Origin: Thermodesulfobacteriota bacterium
Lineage (GTDB): Bacteria > Desulfobacterota > Desulfobacteria > Desulfobacterales > JARGFK01
Reading direction: 5' to 3'
Length of the DNA: 64,000 nt
Assembly (NCBI GenBank): GCA_040757625.1
Contig: JBFLWU010000017.1
Location: 13,937-77,936 of the forward strand
In this document: in pieces, positions 41,098 through 53,793 of the stretch
How positions within the stretch are numbered: the first letter of the stretch is position 1
Layout: every line of letters begins with the position of its first letter
Program-made: the position numbers and the translations under genes
The notes under the pieces: generated by a model
The model's input: only the letters and a program-made list of their open reading frames with translations
What the model was told of the DNA's origin: nothing
The model's database searches: none

Positions 41098-41529
41098 ATG
41101 ACCGATTGGGAACCCAAAATCATCAGTTTCCTGTGTAACTGGTGCAGCTACGGCGCCGCCGATCTGGCCGGTGTCGGCCGGATGTCCTATCCGTCCAACG
41201 TCCGGGTGATCCGCATTCCCTGTACCGGCCGCATGAGCCCCAAATTTTTTCTGGCGGCGCTGCGCGAAGGCGCCGACGGCGTCTGGGTGTCCGGGTGACA
41301 TCCCGGTGACTGCCATTACCTGGAAGGTAATTATTACGCGCGTCGCAAGTTCGCACTTTTTGAAAACCTGGCGGAATACATGGGGCTTGAGCCGGGCCGT
41401 ATTCATTACTCCTGGATTTCTTCGGCCGAGTCGACCAAGTTCGTCGACGTGGTCAAAACGGTCACGGAGGCGGTCAGGGCGCTGGGCCCCAACAAACAAT
41501 TTGTGAAGAAAATGGCTAAGGTGGCGTAA
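41098..41529 (+). CDS. flxD: FlxD/MvhD-like [2Fe-2S] subunit, selenoprotein; TGA at 41296-41298 read as Sec
   Basis: [35 protein letters not shown] (consensus GCHPGDCHY), continuing in frame to TAA at 41529. Confidence 0.92.
41315..41331 (+). promoter_or_regulatory. SECIS-like hairpin of flxD
   Basis: AUUACCU-GGA-AGGUAAU starting 17 nt after the UGA. Confidence 0.72.
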
Positions 41530-41531
41530 AC

Positions 41532-42479
41532 ATGCTGGAATATATTGATAGCATCCGGAAAATAGCCGAAAAGATATTAAAGGAAGGCACCGTCGAAATG
41601 GTCATCGGGTTTCGCAGGGGAACCGTGCCGCTGATGAACGAACCATGCGTTGTCAAAAAACCCGAGGATGTGAAACATCTGGTATGGGACAGCAGCTGCG
41701 GCGTTAACCTGGCGAATTATCTGCCCGACCGCAAGGAAAAGATCGGCATTGTGGCCAAAGGCTGCGATTCCCGCAACATTGTTACCCATATCATTGAAAA
41801 CAAGATCAAAAGGGAGCAGCTCTATATCATCGGGATTCCCTGCAAGGGGATGATCGATCGGCGCAAAATTACCGGGATGCTGGAAGTTGAAATAGAAAGT
41901 GCCGTCGAGACGGCAGAGGGGATCACGGTCAAGGGCGGCGGGGTTGAAAAAACCTTTCGAAAAGCGGATGTGCTGCAGGACAACTGCGCCATCTGCATTC
42001 ATCGCAACCCGGTCCTGTCCGACGAACCGGCGGCAGGGCCGGTGGTGGAACAGCAGGGCGTGGACCGGTACGAAGACGTCCGCCGGATCGAAGGGATGGC
42101 TACAGAAGAAAAATTTCGGTTTTTTGACGACCTGCTGGCCGAGTGCATTCGCTGTTATGCCTGCCGCAACGCCTGCCCCCTGTGTTACTGCCCCACCTGC
42201 TTTGTGGATGAATCCCGGCCCCAGTGGGTCGGCAAGGGGCAGGATCCTTCGGATATCAGGACATTCCATTTTTTAAGAGCGTATCATTGCGCCGGCCGCT
42301 GTACGGATTGCGGCGCCTGTGAACGGGCCTGCCCGATGGGGATCAAGGTCCGGCTCCTGACCAAAAAACTGGAAAAAGACGCTTTGGAACTTTTCAACTG
42401 GGAGGCGGGCTTGTCCCTGGAGGTCAGGCCGCCGCTGGATACCTATAAACCCGAAGATCCGGACGAATTTATCAAGTAG
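41532..42479 (+). CDS. flxC: FlxC (FrhB/FdhB-like Fe-S subunit)
   Basis: AKGCDSR, CIRCYACRNACPLCYCPTC, HCAGRCTDCGACERACP. Confidence 0.85.
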   Translation: MLEYIDSIRKIAEKILKEGTVEMVIGFRRGTVPLMNEPCVVKKPEDVKHLVWDSSCGVNLANYLPDRKEKIGIVAKGCDSRNIVTHIIENKIKREQLYIIGIPCKGMIDRRKITGMLEVEIESAVETAEGITVKGGGVEKTFRKADVLQDNCAICIHRNPVLSDEPAAGPVVEQQGVDRYEDVRRIEGMATEEKFRFFDDLLAECIRCYACRNACPLCYCPTCFVDESRPQWVGKGQDPSDIRTFHFLRAYHCAGRCTDCGACERACPMGIKVRLLTKKLEKDALELFNWEAGLSLEVRPPLDTYKPEDPDEFIK

Positions 42480-42513
42480 GATCAGGACCGCTTCTACACA
42501 AAGGGCGCAACAC

Positions 42514-43554
42514 ATGAAGGTTGTAAAAATAAACAAGCAAAAGTGGACCGAGGGAATCGAAGCATTGAAAAATATGTATCGCCTTTACGGTCCGGTTAAG
42601 GAAGACCGGTTTCACAACTTTACCCTGCTCGAAAAAGGCGTTTCTCCGGATTTTAATTTTCAGAATACCCGGCTGTCACCCAAAGGGGTCATTTACCCCC
42701 AGACAGAGGTCATGTTTCATTACACCCTGGATGAAAGCAGGGAAGATCATCATGTCATGAAGGAGGCCGCGGGGGAGGCCGCTCCCAGGGCGATTGTCGG
42801 CATCCGTCCCTGTGATGCCGCCGCGTTTCTGCTGGTTAAAAGAAATTTCGACACGCCCGAATACCAGGATCCCTACTGGGTGAGGGCTTATGAGGGCACT
42901 ACCCTGGTAGGGCTGGCCTGCCAGCAGCCCTGTCAGACCTGTTTCTGCACCACCGCCGGATGCGGACCGTTTCACGAGGAAGGGCTGGATGTGCTTCTGG
43001 TGCAGGAAACGGACGCTTTTCTGGCAAAGGCGCTTACTGCAAAAGGCGAAAACCTGTTGAAAGCGGCGGGCTGGGGCGAAGCCGGCGACGGCGGTACGAT
43101 TGAAAAGATGAAACAGGATGCCGAGACCCGCATCCGCACCGCCGTTCATACCGACCGGCTTGCGGAGAAAACCATTCCGGACCTTTTTGACGCCCCTTTC
43201 TGGGACGACGTCGCCTTTAGCTGCATCAACTGCGGGACCTGTACCTATGTCTGCCCCACCTGCTGGTGTTTTGACATTCAGGATGAGGTCAGCGGCAAGG
43301 CGGGCCTGCGCCTGCGCAACTGGGACAGCTGCATGTATCCGCTGTTCACCTTTCACGGATCCGGCCATAATCCGCGAAATGCTAAAACCAAACGGGTCCG
43401 GCAGCGATTCATGCATAAGCTTAAATATTACGTGGATAAATACCATAACGGTATTCAATGTGTGGGGTGCGGACGATGTATTCGCCTGTGCCCGGTCAAT
43501 ATCGATATCCGGCGCGTCTGTGAACTGATGAACACTTACGCAGCCAGCCGTTAA
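42514..43554 (+). CDS. flxB: FlxB (AsrA-like Fe-S subunit)
   Basis: GIRPCD, CINCGTCTYVCPTCWCF, WDSC, CVGCGRCIRLCP. Confidence 0.87.
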   Translation: MKVVKINKQKWTEGIEALKNMYRLYGPVKEDRFHNFTLLEKGVSPDFNFQNTRLSPKGVIYPQTEVMFHYTLDESREDHHVMKEAAGEAAPRAIVGIRPCDAAAFLLVKRNFDTPEYQDPYWVRAYEGTTLVGLACQQPCQTCFCTTAGCGPFHEEGLDVLLVQETDAFLAKALTAKGENLLKAAGWGEAGDGGTIEKMKQDAETRIRTAVHTDRLAEKTIPDLFDAPFWDDVAFSCINCGTCTYVCPTCWCFDIQDEVSGKAGLRLRNWDSCMYPLFTFHGSGHNPRNAKTKRVRQRFMHKLKYYVDKYHNGIQCVGCGRCIRLCPVNIDIRRVCELMNTYAASR

Positions 43555-43598
43555 CAGTTAGGGTTTCCCCGGGAAATATCCGGGTGAAGGGGGATGCG

Positions 43599-44444
43599 GT
43601 GCAGAATCCATATTTGCCATATCCGGTTCGCATTGATGAAATCGTCACTGAAACCGTTGACAAAAATCTTAAAACATTCCGTTTTGTGTTTTTAAACCCT
43701 GAAGATGAGCAGAAATTTTCCTACCGGGCCGGGCAGTTTGCCGAACTTTCCGTGGCAGGCAAGGGTGAAATCCCCATCGGGATTGCTTCCTCTCCCACCG
43801 AAAAAGGGTTTGTCATGTTCACCGTCAACAAAGTCGGCCTGGTCTCGTCTTATCTGCACACCATGAAGGCGGGGGACATCATGGGCATCCGGGGCCCACT
43901 GGGCAACTGGTATCCCTGGGATGTACTCAAAGGTAAAAATGTCGTCATTATCGGCGGCGGTTTTGCCTTCACCACCCTGCGGTCTTCCATCGTCTATATG
44001 CTGGATCCTGCCAACCGAAAGAATTTCAAGGACATTCATGTGATCTACGGGGCGCGGTCGCCCGGCATGCTGCTTTATCGCGACGAACTGTCGGCCTGGG
44101 AGCAGCGCGACGACATCAATATGCATATTACCGTGGATGCCACCGATGATCCCAACTGGAAATACAATGTGGGATTTGTCCCCACCATTACCGAACAAAA
44201 AGCCCCGCCCGGGGATGCCGATACCTATGCGATCGTGTGCGGACCGCCGATTATGATCAAATTTACCCAGCCGGTTCTGGACAAACTCAATTACGGGCAC
44301 GATCATATCATCATGTCCCTGGAGATGCGGATGAAATGCGGCATCGGCATCTGCGGCCGCTGCAATATCGGCAAGGAATTCGTGTGCAAGGACGGCCCGG
44401 TTTTTACCCTGGCCCAGCTGAACGGGATGCCCAGAGAATACTGA
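43599..44444 (+). CDS. flxA: FlxA (FAD/NAD-binding, [2Fe-2S])
   Basis: GTG start giving MQNPYLP. RGPLGN, IGGGFA, CGPPIM, MKCGIGICGRC, CKDGPVF. Confidence 0.9.
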   Translation: MQNPYLPYPVRIDEIVTETVDKNLKTFRFVFLNPEDEQKFSYRAGQFAELSVAGKGEIPIGIASSPTEKGFVMFTVNKVGLVSSYLHTMKAGDIMGIRGPLGNWYPWDVLKGKNVVIIGGGFAFTTLRSSIVYMLDPANRKNFKDIHVIYGARSPGMLLYRDELSAWEQRDDINMHITVDATDDPNWKYNVGFVPTITEQKAPPGDADTYAIVCGPPIMIKFTQPVLDKLNYGHDHIIMSLEMRMKCGIGICGRCNIGKEFVCKDGPVFTLAQLNGMPREY

Positions 44445-44559
44445 TAAATTTCATATTGACATTGAAGATTCAATCATATAGATAAGCTAAGATAAAAATC
44501 CAATGCTTAATCAGGCGGCAAGCCGTTTCACAATTATTTCATAAAAGGAGGGTCGTTTA

Positions 44560-44877
44560 ATGCCAGAAGTTGATTTTGGTGGAAAAAAATTTGTTGTGGA
44601 TGAAGACGGATTTATTGACAATTTTGAAAACTGGTGCCCCGAATGGGTTCAGCATGTCAAAAAAGAAGAAGGAATCGACGAGTTGTCGGAAGAACACTGG
44701 AAAGTCATCAATGTTCTTCAGGATTATTACAGGAAGAACGGAATTGCACCGATGGTCCGGGTGCTTTCCAAGGTTACGGGTTATAAGTTGAAACATATTT
44801 ATGAACTTTTTCCGTCCGGACCCGGCAAGGGAGCCTGTAAGATGGCCGGTCTTCCCAAACCCACCGGCTGCGTGTAA
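44560..44877 (+). CDS. dsrC: DsrC sulfur relay protein (both C-terminal Cys present)
   Basis: VDEDGF, HW, LFPSGPGKGACKMAGLPKPTGCV; strong SD AAGGAGG. Confidence 0.95.
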   Translation: MPEVDFGGKKFVVDEDGFIDNFENWCPEWVQHVKKEEGIDELSEEHWKVINVLQDYYRKNGIAPMVRVLSKVTGYKLKHIYELFPSGPGKGACKMAGLPKPTGCV

Positions 44878-44917
44878 TTACAAGGTCGGTACAATCGGGT
44901 TATACCAATTCAGACCG

Positions 44918-44951
44918 GAAAGGCCCTGCGAGAATCGCAGGGCCTTTCTTA
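44918..44951 (+). terminator. Intrinsic terminator after dsrC
   Basis: GAAAGGCCCTGCGA-GAA-TCGCAGGGCCTTTC-TT. Confidence 0.75.
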
Positions 44952-44967
44952 TTCGGAGAGTCTTCAT

Positions 44968-45372
44968 ATGAAAACCACGCTGACGGTAAAAACCACGGCA
45001 AAAACGGAGTTGATCGACATGACTGCCGAGGTGCAGCATCTGGTTCGTGCGCAGGGATTTTCAGACGGTCTGTGCATGCTGTATGTGCCCCATACCACCG
45101 CAGCCGTTACAATTAATGAAAGCGCGGATCCCAGTGTCCGATCGGACATTCTGATGGTATTAAATAAAATTATTCCCTGGGAGGCGGGATACCGCCATCT
45201 GGAGGGGAATTCAGCGGCGCATGTCAAGGCCACCCTGGTGGGGGCTTCGGAAATGATCGCCATTGAAAACGGCGACCTGGTGCTGGGGACCTGGCAGGGA
45301 ATATTCTTTTGCGAATTCGACGGTCCGCGGACCCGCAAGGTGCATGTAAACCTATTTAAAAAGCTTATTTGA
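44968..45372 (+). CDS. yjbQ: YjbQ-family (UPF0047) protein
   Basis: PHTTAA, INE.ADP, HLEGNSAAH, LGTWQGI, EFDGPR. Confidence 0.92.
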   Translation: MKTTLTVKTTAKTELIDMTAEVQHLVRAQGFSDGLCMLYVPHTTAAVTINESADPSVRSDILMVLNKIIPWEAGYRHLEGNSAAHVKATLVGASEMIAIENGDLVLGTWQGIFFCEFDGPRTRKVHVNLFKKLI

Positions 45373-45737
45373 TTTTTTGCCGCAAAACGGTCCGACACAG
45401 GGTTGTATCCGGCCGTTTTGTGACTATATTCGTTGCAGTAATTGAAATTGCGTTTCGTTTCAACCAGCGGTTGGTTCCGTTTCAGTACTATCTAAACAAA
45501 AAAAGCAATCGAAGCGCCGGCGAGTTCTCCCCTGAAAAGGCATGAAAATTCCGAGTCAAGCGATCTGAGGCTCAATCCCGTTGTTGCGGGATTCAGGAAG
45601 TGTTTGATACCCTTTCCGGCGACAACCCTCCGGCCAGTCTGAGCCGCTTTTTTCTGCAGATAGGTCCGTTTCGTATCAATCGGTAAAACCAGCAAATTGA
45701 TAACGCTGCGTAGAGAAAGGTAAAAAAGGAGAAGACC

Positions 45738-46682
45738 ATGAAGCTGGTAATGTTTCAGAAAGCCGGAGACCCAAGGTTCGGTGCTCTGGTCGGAAATGAA
45801 GTTGTGGATTTGAAACTGGCCTGTGAGGCCATGCTGGCGAGCCGGGGAGAAAGCCGGGCGCGTCAGAAAGCGGCATTGCTGATCCCGCCGGAAACCATCC
45901 GGTTTCTGGAAGGGGGGGAAGAATCCAGGCAGGCCGCCCGGGACGCGCTGTCCTGGGTTGGGTCTCTGCAGGGCAAGGCGCTGCGGCTGAGAAATCTAAA
46001 GATCGTTTTGGGCCTGGAGGAGGTCAAACTGCTGGCGCCGATAGGCAAGCCGTCCAAAATCATTTGTGCGGCCCATAATTATCACGATTTTCTGCAGGAG
46101 CTCGGGATGAAGCCCCACAAGGAGCCGCGCCTGTTTGCCAAATTTGCAAATGCGGTGGCCGCTTATGACGATCCGATTCCCCGGCCGGCCATGACCCTTT
46201 GTCTGGGATATGAGGCGGAGCTTGCCTTTGTGGTGGGAAAGCGCTGCAAACATGTGCCCGAAGACAAGGCTTACGATTATATTGCCGGTTACATGGCGTT
46301 TAATGATGTGAGCGCCAGCGACCTGACCAAAAACGATGTGCAAAACCTCAGGGGAAAGAGTTTTGACGCCTTTGCCCCCATGGGGCCGTATCTGTTAACG
46401 GCCGACGAGTTGCCCGATCCGCATAACCTTTCCGTAAAACTGAAGGTGAACGGCAAGGTTCTGCAGGAATCCAACACGAAACAGCTCGTCTACAATGTGC
46501 CCCAGCTCATGGCCTTCTGCTCGCGGATATTTACGCTGGAGCCCGGCGATGTGGTGGCAACCGGCACCCCCGGCGGTCTGGCCAAGGACCGTAAACCGCC
46601 GACCTACATGAATCCCGGGGATATCATGGAAACGGAAATCGAAAAGCTGGGCGTCATGCGAAATCCGATTACGAAAGAATAA
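45738..46682 (+). CDS. Fumarylacetoacetate hydrolase family protein
   Basis: KIICAAHNY, YEAEL, NDVSA, GKSFD, TLEPGDV.ATGTP. Confidence 0.92.
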   Translation: MKLVMFQKAGDPRFGALVGNEVVDLKLACEAMLASRGESRARQKAALLIPPETIRFLEGGEESRQAARDALSWVGSLQGKALRLRNLKIVLGLEEVKLLAPIGKPSKIICAAHNYHDFLQELGMKPHKEPRLFAKFANAVAAYDDPIPRPAMTLCLGYEAELAFVVGKRCKHVPEDKAYDYIAGYMAFNDVSASDLTKNDVQNLRGKSFDAFAPMGPYLLTADELPDPHNLSVKLKVNGKVLQESNTKQLVYNVPQLMAFCSRIFTLEPGDVVATGTPGGLAKDRKPPTYMNPGDIMETEIEKLGVMRNPITKE

Positions 46683-46695
46683 TCCCCTTTCCTTT

Positions 46696-46731
46696 GAAAA
46701 AAGGAGGCATCCCAAGATGCCTCCTTTTTTT
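46696..46731 (+). terminator. Intrinsic terminator
   Basis: AAAAAAGGAGGCATC-CCAA-GATGCCTCCTTTTTT. Confidence 0.8.
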
Positions 46732-47103
46732 GTCCTTTCCGATCTATCATTATGAATGATTGTCGTTCCTATGATTTGTAGGGGTGCGCCACCGTGCCGC
46801 CCGAAGGTTACGGCCACATCATATCGCCATATCCTCGCGTGGCGGTTCAGGCAAATTTCAAAAACACCCTGTCATGCTTCTGTAACCTGCAGGTAAAATT
46901 TCGGCTCACTATTATAAGCTGTATGTTCTAAATCGGGATCATTTGCCCGGCTGTTTTTTGTTCGTTTCGGCCTGCTGAACGATTCCCGTTTCAGGCTCCC
47001 TTGTTTCCGGGCTTGAGTTGTTTAAGGATATGATTATGTTTACCCTAACTGACGCAATGATACTGATAATAAAACGTGTTGCTTAAATTTTTCTGAGGTT
47101 TTT

Positions 47104-47793
47104 ATGAAAAGAATATCTGTTGTTGCACTGTTTTTATATTTATTTGTAATGATTGTCGGATGCACGCAGGAGAGCCGTGCCAGGACCGAAGGGGAGGCGG
47201 CATCCGGCACGATCATCGGCGGTTACCGCGTCTTGTCCATCCCCGAGAACCGCCAGGACATCCGACTGACGGTGTACCGGGGGGACTATGTCCGGTTTGC
47301 CTATGACGGAACGGCGGCGCGGTCGGTCCTTTCAATACCGGAACTTGCGATCAGCGAAATCCTTTCGCGCGAATCGGCAAAAGCGCCTTTTTTTAAGATG
47401 CAACAAACCGGTACGTTCGCCTTTTCCCTGGGCAGCGCCGCCGGCAGCATCAGCGTTGTCGAGTATCGGCAGCCCAACTACGAGGCGGTCGCGGCGGCAC
47501 AGGCGGCCGAACTGATCCGTAATATTCACCCGTTTATCCTGGATGTCCGAACCCCGCAGGAATATCGAGAGGGGCATCTTGAGAACGCAACCCTGATTCC
47601 GGTCCAGGAGCTGCAGGGCCGCCTGGCAGAACTAGCGAAATTCAAAGATGAGAACATCCTGATATACTGCGCCACAGGCAACCGGAGCACGGTTGCCTCC
47701 AAAATATTGATCGACAACGGTTTCAAGCGCATTTTCAATATGCGCCATGGAATTCATGAATGGAACGGCAAAAAGTATCCGATCGTGCGCTGA
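47104..47793 (+). CDS. Rhodanese-domain lipoprotein
   Basis: Lipobox-like IVG-C, LDVRTPQEY..GHL, active loop YCATGNRS. Confidence 0.85.
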   Translation: MKRISVVALFLYLFVMIVGCTQESRARTEGEAASGTIIGGYRVLSIPENRQDIRLTVYRGDYVRFAYDGTAARSVLSIPELAISEILSRESAKAPFFKMQQTGTFAFSLGSAAGSISVVEYRQPNYEAVAAAQAAELIRNIHPFILDVRTPQEYREGHLENATLIPVQELQGRLAELAKFKDENILIYCATGNRSTVASKILIDNGFKRIFNMRHGIHEWNGKKYPIVR

Positions 47794-47873
47794 GCCGGCC
47801 GTCTCTAATACGCACAATGGCCGCTCAGCGGTTTCATCCAGTCCCGCCATGGCGGGCACCGGTGGACAGGGGC

Positions 47874-47988
47874 CGGGGAGTTTTTCAAATGTTGTTTGGT
47901 TCCGCCCGGGGACAGCCCCCGGGCGGACAGACAACGCGGGGTGAAGTGTCGACGGCTCCTCCCGCAGGTTTTCTGAACGAACCTCCCC
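47874..47988 (+). repeat. Palindromic intergenic repeat family C
   Basis: CGGGGAGTTTTTCAAATGTTG...TCCGCCCGGGG-ACAG-CCCCCGGGCGGA...TGAAGTG...CCTCCCC. Confidence 0.75.
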
Positions 47989-48043
47989 GCCGCCTCAACA
48001 GCAAGTCGGTCCGATTTCCTCCCGGCGATGCAAGCGATAAAGT

Positions 48044-49252
48044 TTATTCGTCCGGGGGTATTTTACCATCCGGTTTCAGCACGGGCGGGTTCACCTGCAC
48101 GGTTTCAGGATACTTCAAGCCGGAGCCGGTGTTCAGCAGGACGACTTTTTCATCGGGCCGGATCCAGCCGTCTTTGCGCAGACGCACGGCGGCGCTCAGG
48201 GTGGCCGCGCCTTCCGGGCATACGAACGCGCCTTCGCGGGATGCCAGCAGATATTCAGCCTTAAGGATCTCATCGTCCTCGACAGCCACCGCGCAGCCCC
48301 CGGTTTTATAAATGGCGTCAAGAACCAGAAAATCGCCCAAGGCCTTTGGGACCGTAATGCCGAAGGCCAGGGTATGGGCGCCTTTCCAGAATTCCGATTC
48401 GGTCTTTTTGTCCTGCCAGGCCCTTACGATGGGCGCACATCCGGTGCTTTGCACGGCAACCAGGCGGGGAAGCCTGCCTTCGATCCACCCCAGCTCTTTT
48501 AGCTCCAGCAGGGCCTTGTAAATGCCGATGATGCCGACCCCGCCGCCCGTGGGATACAGGATAACGTCCGGCAGCTTCCAGTCGAACTGCTCGGCGATCT
48601 CAAGCCCCATGGTTTTTTTGCCTTCGATGCGGTAGGGCTCCTTGAGGGTCGAGGCGTCGAACCAGCCGTATTCGGCAACGGCCTTGGCCACGATTTTGCC
48701 TGCGTCGCTGATCAGGCCGTCCACCAGGTAAAGGGAGGCGCCTGAAACGGCGCATTCCCCCCTGGGTATGGGCGGGGCATCCTTGGGCATGACGATCACC
48801 GCCTTGATTTTAGCCGGTGCGCAGTAAAGCGCCCAGGCCGCACCGGCGTTGCCGTTGGTGGGCATGGCCAGCACCCTGACTCCCAGCTCCCTGGCGCGGG
48901 AGACCCCGACGGCAGCCCCCCGGGCCTTGAAGGTGCCGGTGGGGATGATGCCTTCATCCTTCAGATACAGATTGGGCAGGTTAACTTCGGGGCCCAGATT
49001 TTTCAGCGGCAAGAGCGGCGTCATGCCTTCACCGAGGCTCACGATGTTTTCTTCCTTTGCGACGGGAAGCAGTTCCCGGTAGCGCCACAGGTCCGTTCTG
49101 CGGCCGGCCAAATCCTTTTTGGTAAAGTGCGTTGCGACCTTAGCCATATCATAGGCAACCAGCAGGGGGCTGCCGCACCGGCACAGCTGGATCGGTTTTT
49201 CGCTTTCATAGGTTTTCTGACACTTCGGGCACGCAAGGTGGGATACAAACAT
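48044..49252 (-). CDS. thrC: Threonine synthase-family PLP enzyme
   Basis: N-terminal CxxC...CxC, SLGEG.TP, PTGTFKARG, EGKKT, PTGGG, TGSGLKY. Confidence 0.85.
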   Translation of the reverse strand: MFVSHLACPKCQKTYESEKPIQLCRCGSPLLVAYDMAKVATHFTKKDLAGRRTDLWRYRELLPVAKEENIVSLGEGMTPLLPLKNLGPEVNLPNLYLKDEGIIPTGTFKARGAAVGVSRARELGVRVLAMPTNGNAGAAWALYCAPAKIKAVIVMPKDAPPIPRGECAVSGASLYLVDGLISDAGKIVAKAVAEYGWFDASTLKEPYRIEGKKTMGLEIAEQFDWKLPDVILYPTGGGVGIIGIYKALLELKELGWIEGRLPRLVAVQSTGCAPIVRAWQDKKTESEFWKGAHTLAFGITVPKALGDFLVLDAIYKTGGCAVAVEDDEILKAEYLLASREGAFVCPEGAATLSAAVRLRKDGWIRPDEKVVLLNTGSGLKYPETVQVNPPVLKPDGKIPPDE

Positions 49253-49264
49253 AATATGTCTTTC

Positions 49265-49669
49265 CTATTCCTTTTGCAGGATTAAAAGGGCGATGGCTTC
49301 AATCTCGATATTGGCATTTCTGGGAAGACAAGAGACCTCGACGCAGGAACGGGCCGGGGCGTCTTTAGGGAAGAATTCTGCGTAAGCCTCGTTGATTTTG
49401 GGGAAGTCGTCCATTTTTCTGATAAACAGGGTCGTCTTGACCACCTGATCCAGGGAACTTCCCGCGGCGACAAGGATGTTTTTCAGGTTGGCGACGGCCT
49501 GACGGGTTTCAGCCTGGATGTCGTGATCAACCAGTTTTCCGGTTTCCGGCGACAAAGCCAGCTGTCCGGAAACAAAAACAAAAGCGCCTGCCCGGACGGC
49601 CTGAGAATACGGCCCGATGGCGCCGGGGGCTTTTTCGGTCTTGACGATGGTTTTGGTTGCAGAGGGCAT
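49265..49669 (-). CDS. ridA: RidA-family enamine/imine deaminase
   Basis: APGAIGPYSQA, SGQ, PARSC, IEIEAIA. Confidence 0.92.
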   Translation of the reverse strand: MPSATKTIVKTEKAPGAIGPYSQAVRAGAFVFVSGQLALSPETGKLVDHDIQAETRQAVANLKNILVAAGSSLDQVVKTTLFIRKMDDFPKINEAYAEFFPKDAPARSCVEVSCLPRNANIEIEAIALLILQKE

Positions 49670-49930
49670 AGGGATTCTCCTTTGATAATGTGGCTATCGG
49701 TCAATTCATAGTTTTATTGGCCGCCATAATAATCCGCTTCTATGCGTTCAGACTGTCACACGCTTCGAATCGGATCGCCAATGGCAACCTTTTTGGCAAA
49801 CATGAGCTGTAAAACCCGCCGAATTAATGAATATAAAAGAAAACATATCCTTTCAACAAAAAAAACTGAACGAGGCAACCGGCAGCACGCAAGCTGATGC
49901 AAACACCGTTGCCATAATGATGCGAAATAG

Positions 49931-49964
49931 AAAGGCCGCCTGCTTTTTCAGCAGACGGCCTTTT
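49931..49964 (-). terminator. Terminator after PFOR
   Basis: AAAGGCCG-CTGCT...AGCAG-CGGCCTTT. Confidence 0.65.
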
Positions 49965-49991
49965 ATCACTCATACCAGAACGGATCCGGTA

Positions 49992-53558
<3,567 letters not shown>

Positions 53559-53793
53559 CTAGAATCATTATTTTCGGAATAGCATATTTAATAACCGTTG
53601 TCACATAACGGTGACAAAAAATCTTAATCCAGTCAAAGGTCTTACCATTATACCATTTTGAATTTGGTGTAAAGGATAAATTTGCCCAAATTGATATTGA
53701 GGTTTTATTGGCCTTATTGTAAAAGAAAGGGCGTAACCAGTTGCGGCTTTTTTACCTTTTAATAATAAATTAAGATGGTTAAAGGTGATAAAA

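Noticed and set aside
41306-41506. Separate ORF or frameshift in flxD
   Set aside because: It is in the wrong frame; reading through the TGA restores the GCHPGDCHY-type motif in frame.
45685-45720. TPP riboswitch-like end GATAACGCTGCGTAGAGAA near yjbQ
   Set aside because: It lacks the CUGAGA and ACCUGAUC core blocks and their stems.
46777-46803. GTAG-type REP remnant (GTAGGGGTGCGCCACCGTGCCGCCC)
   Set aside because: It is a single degenerate copy in the window, too weak to call.
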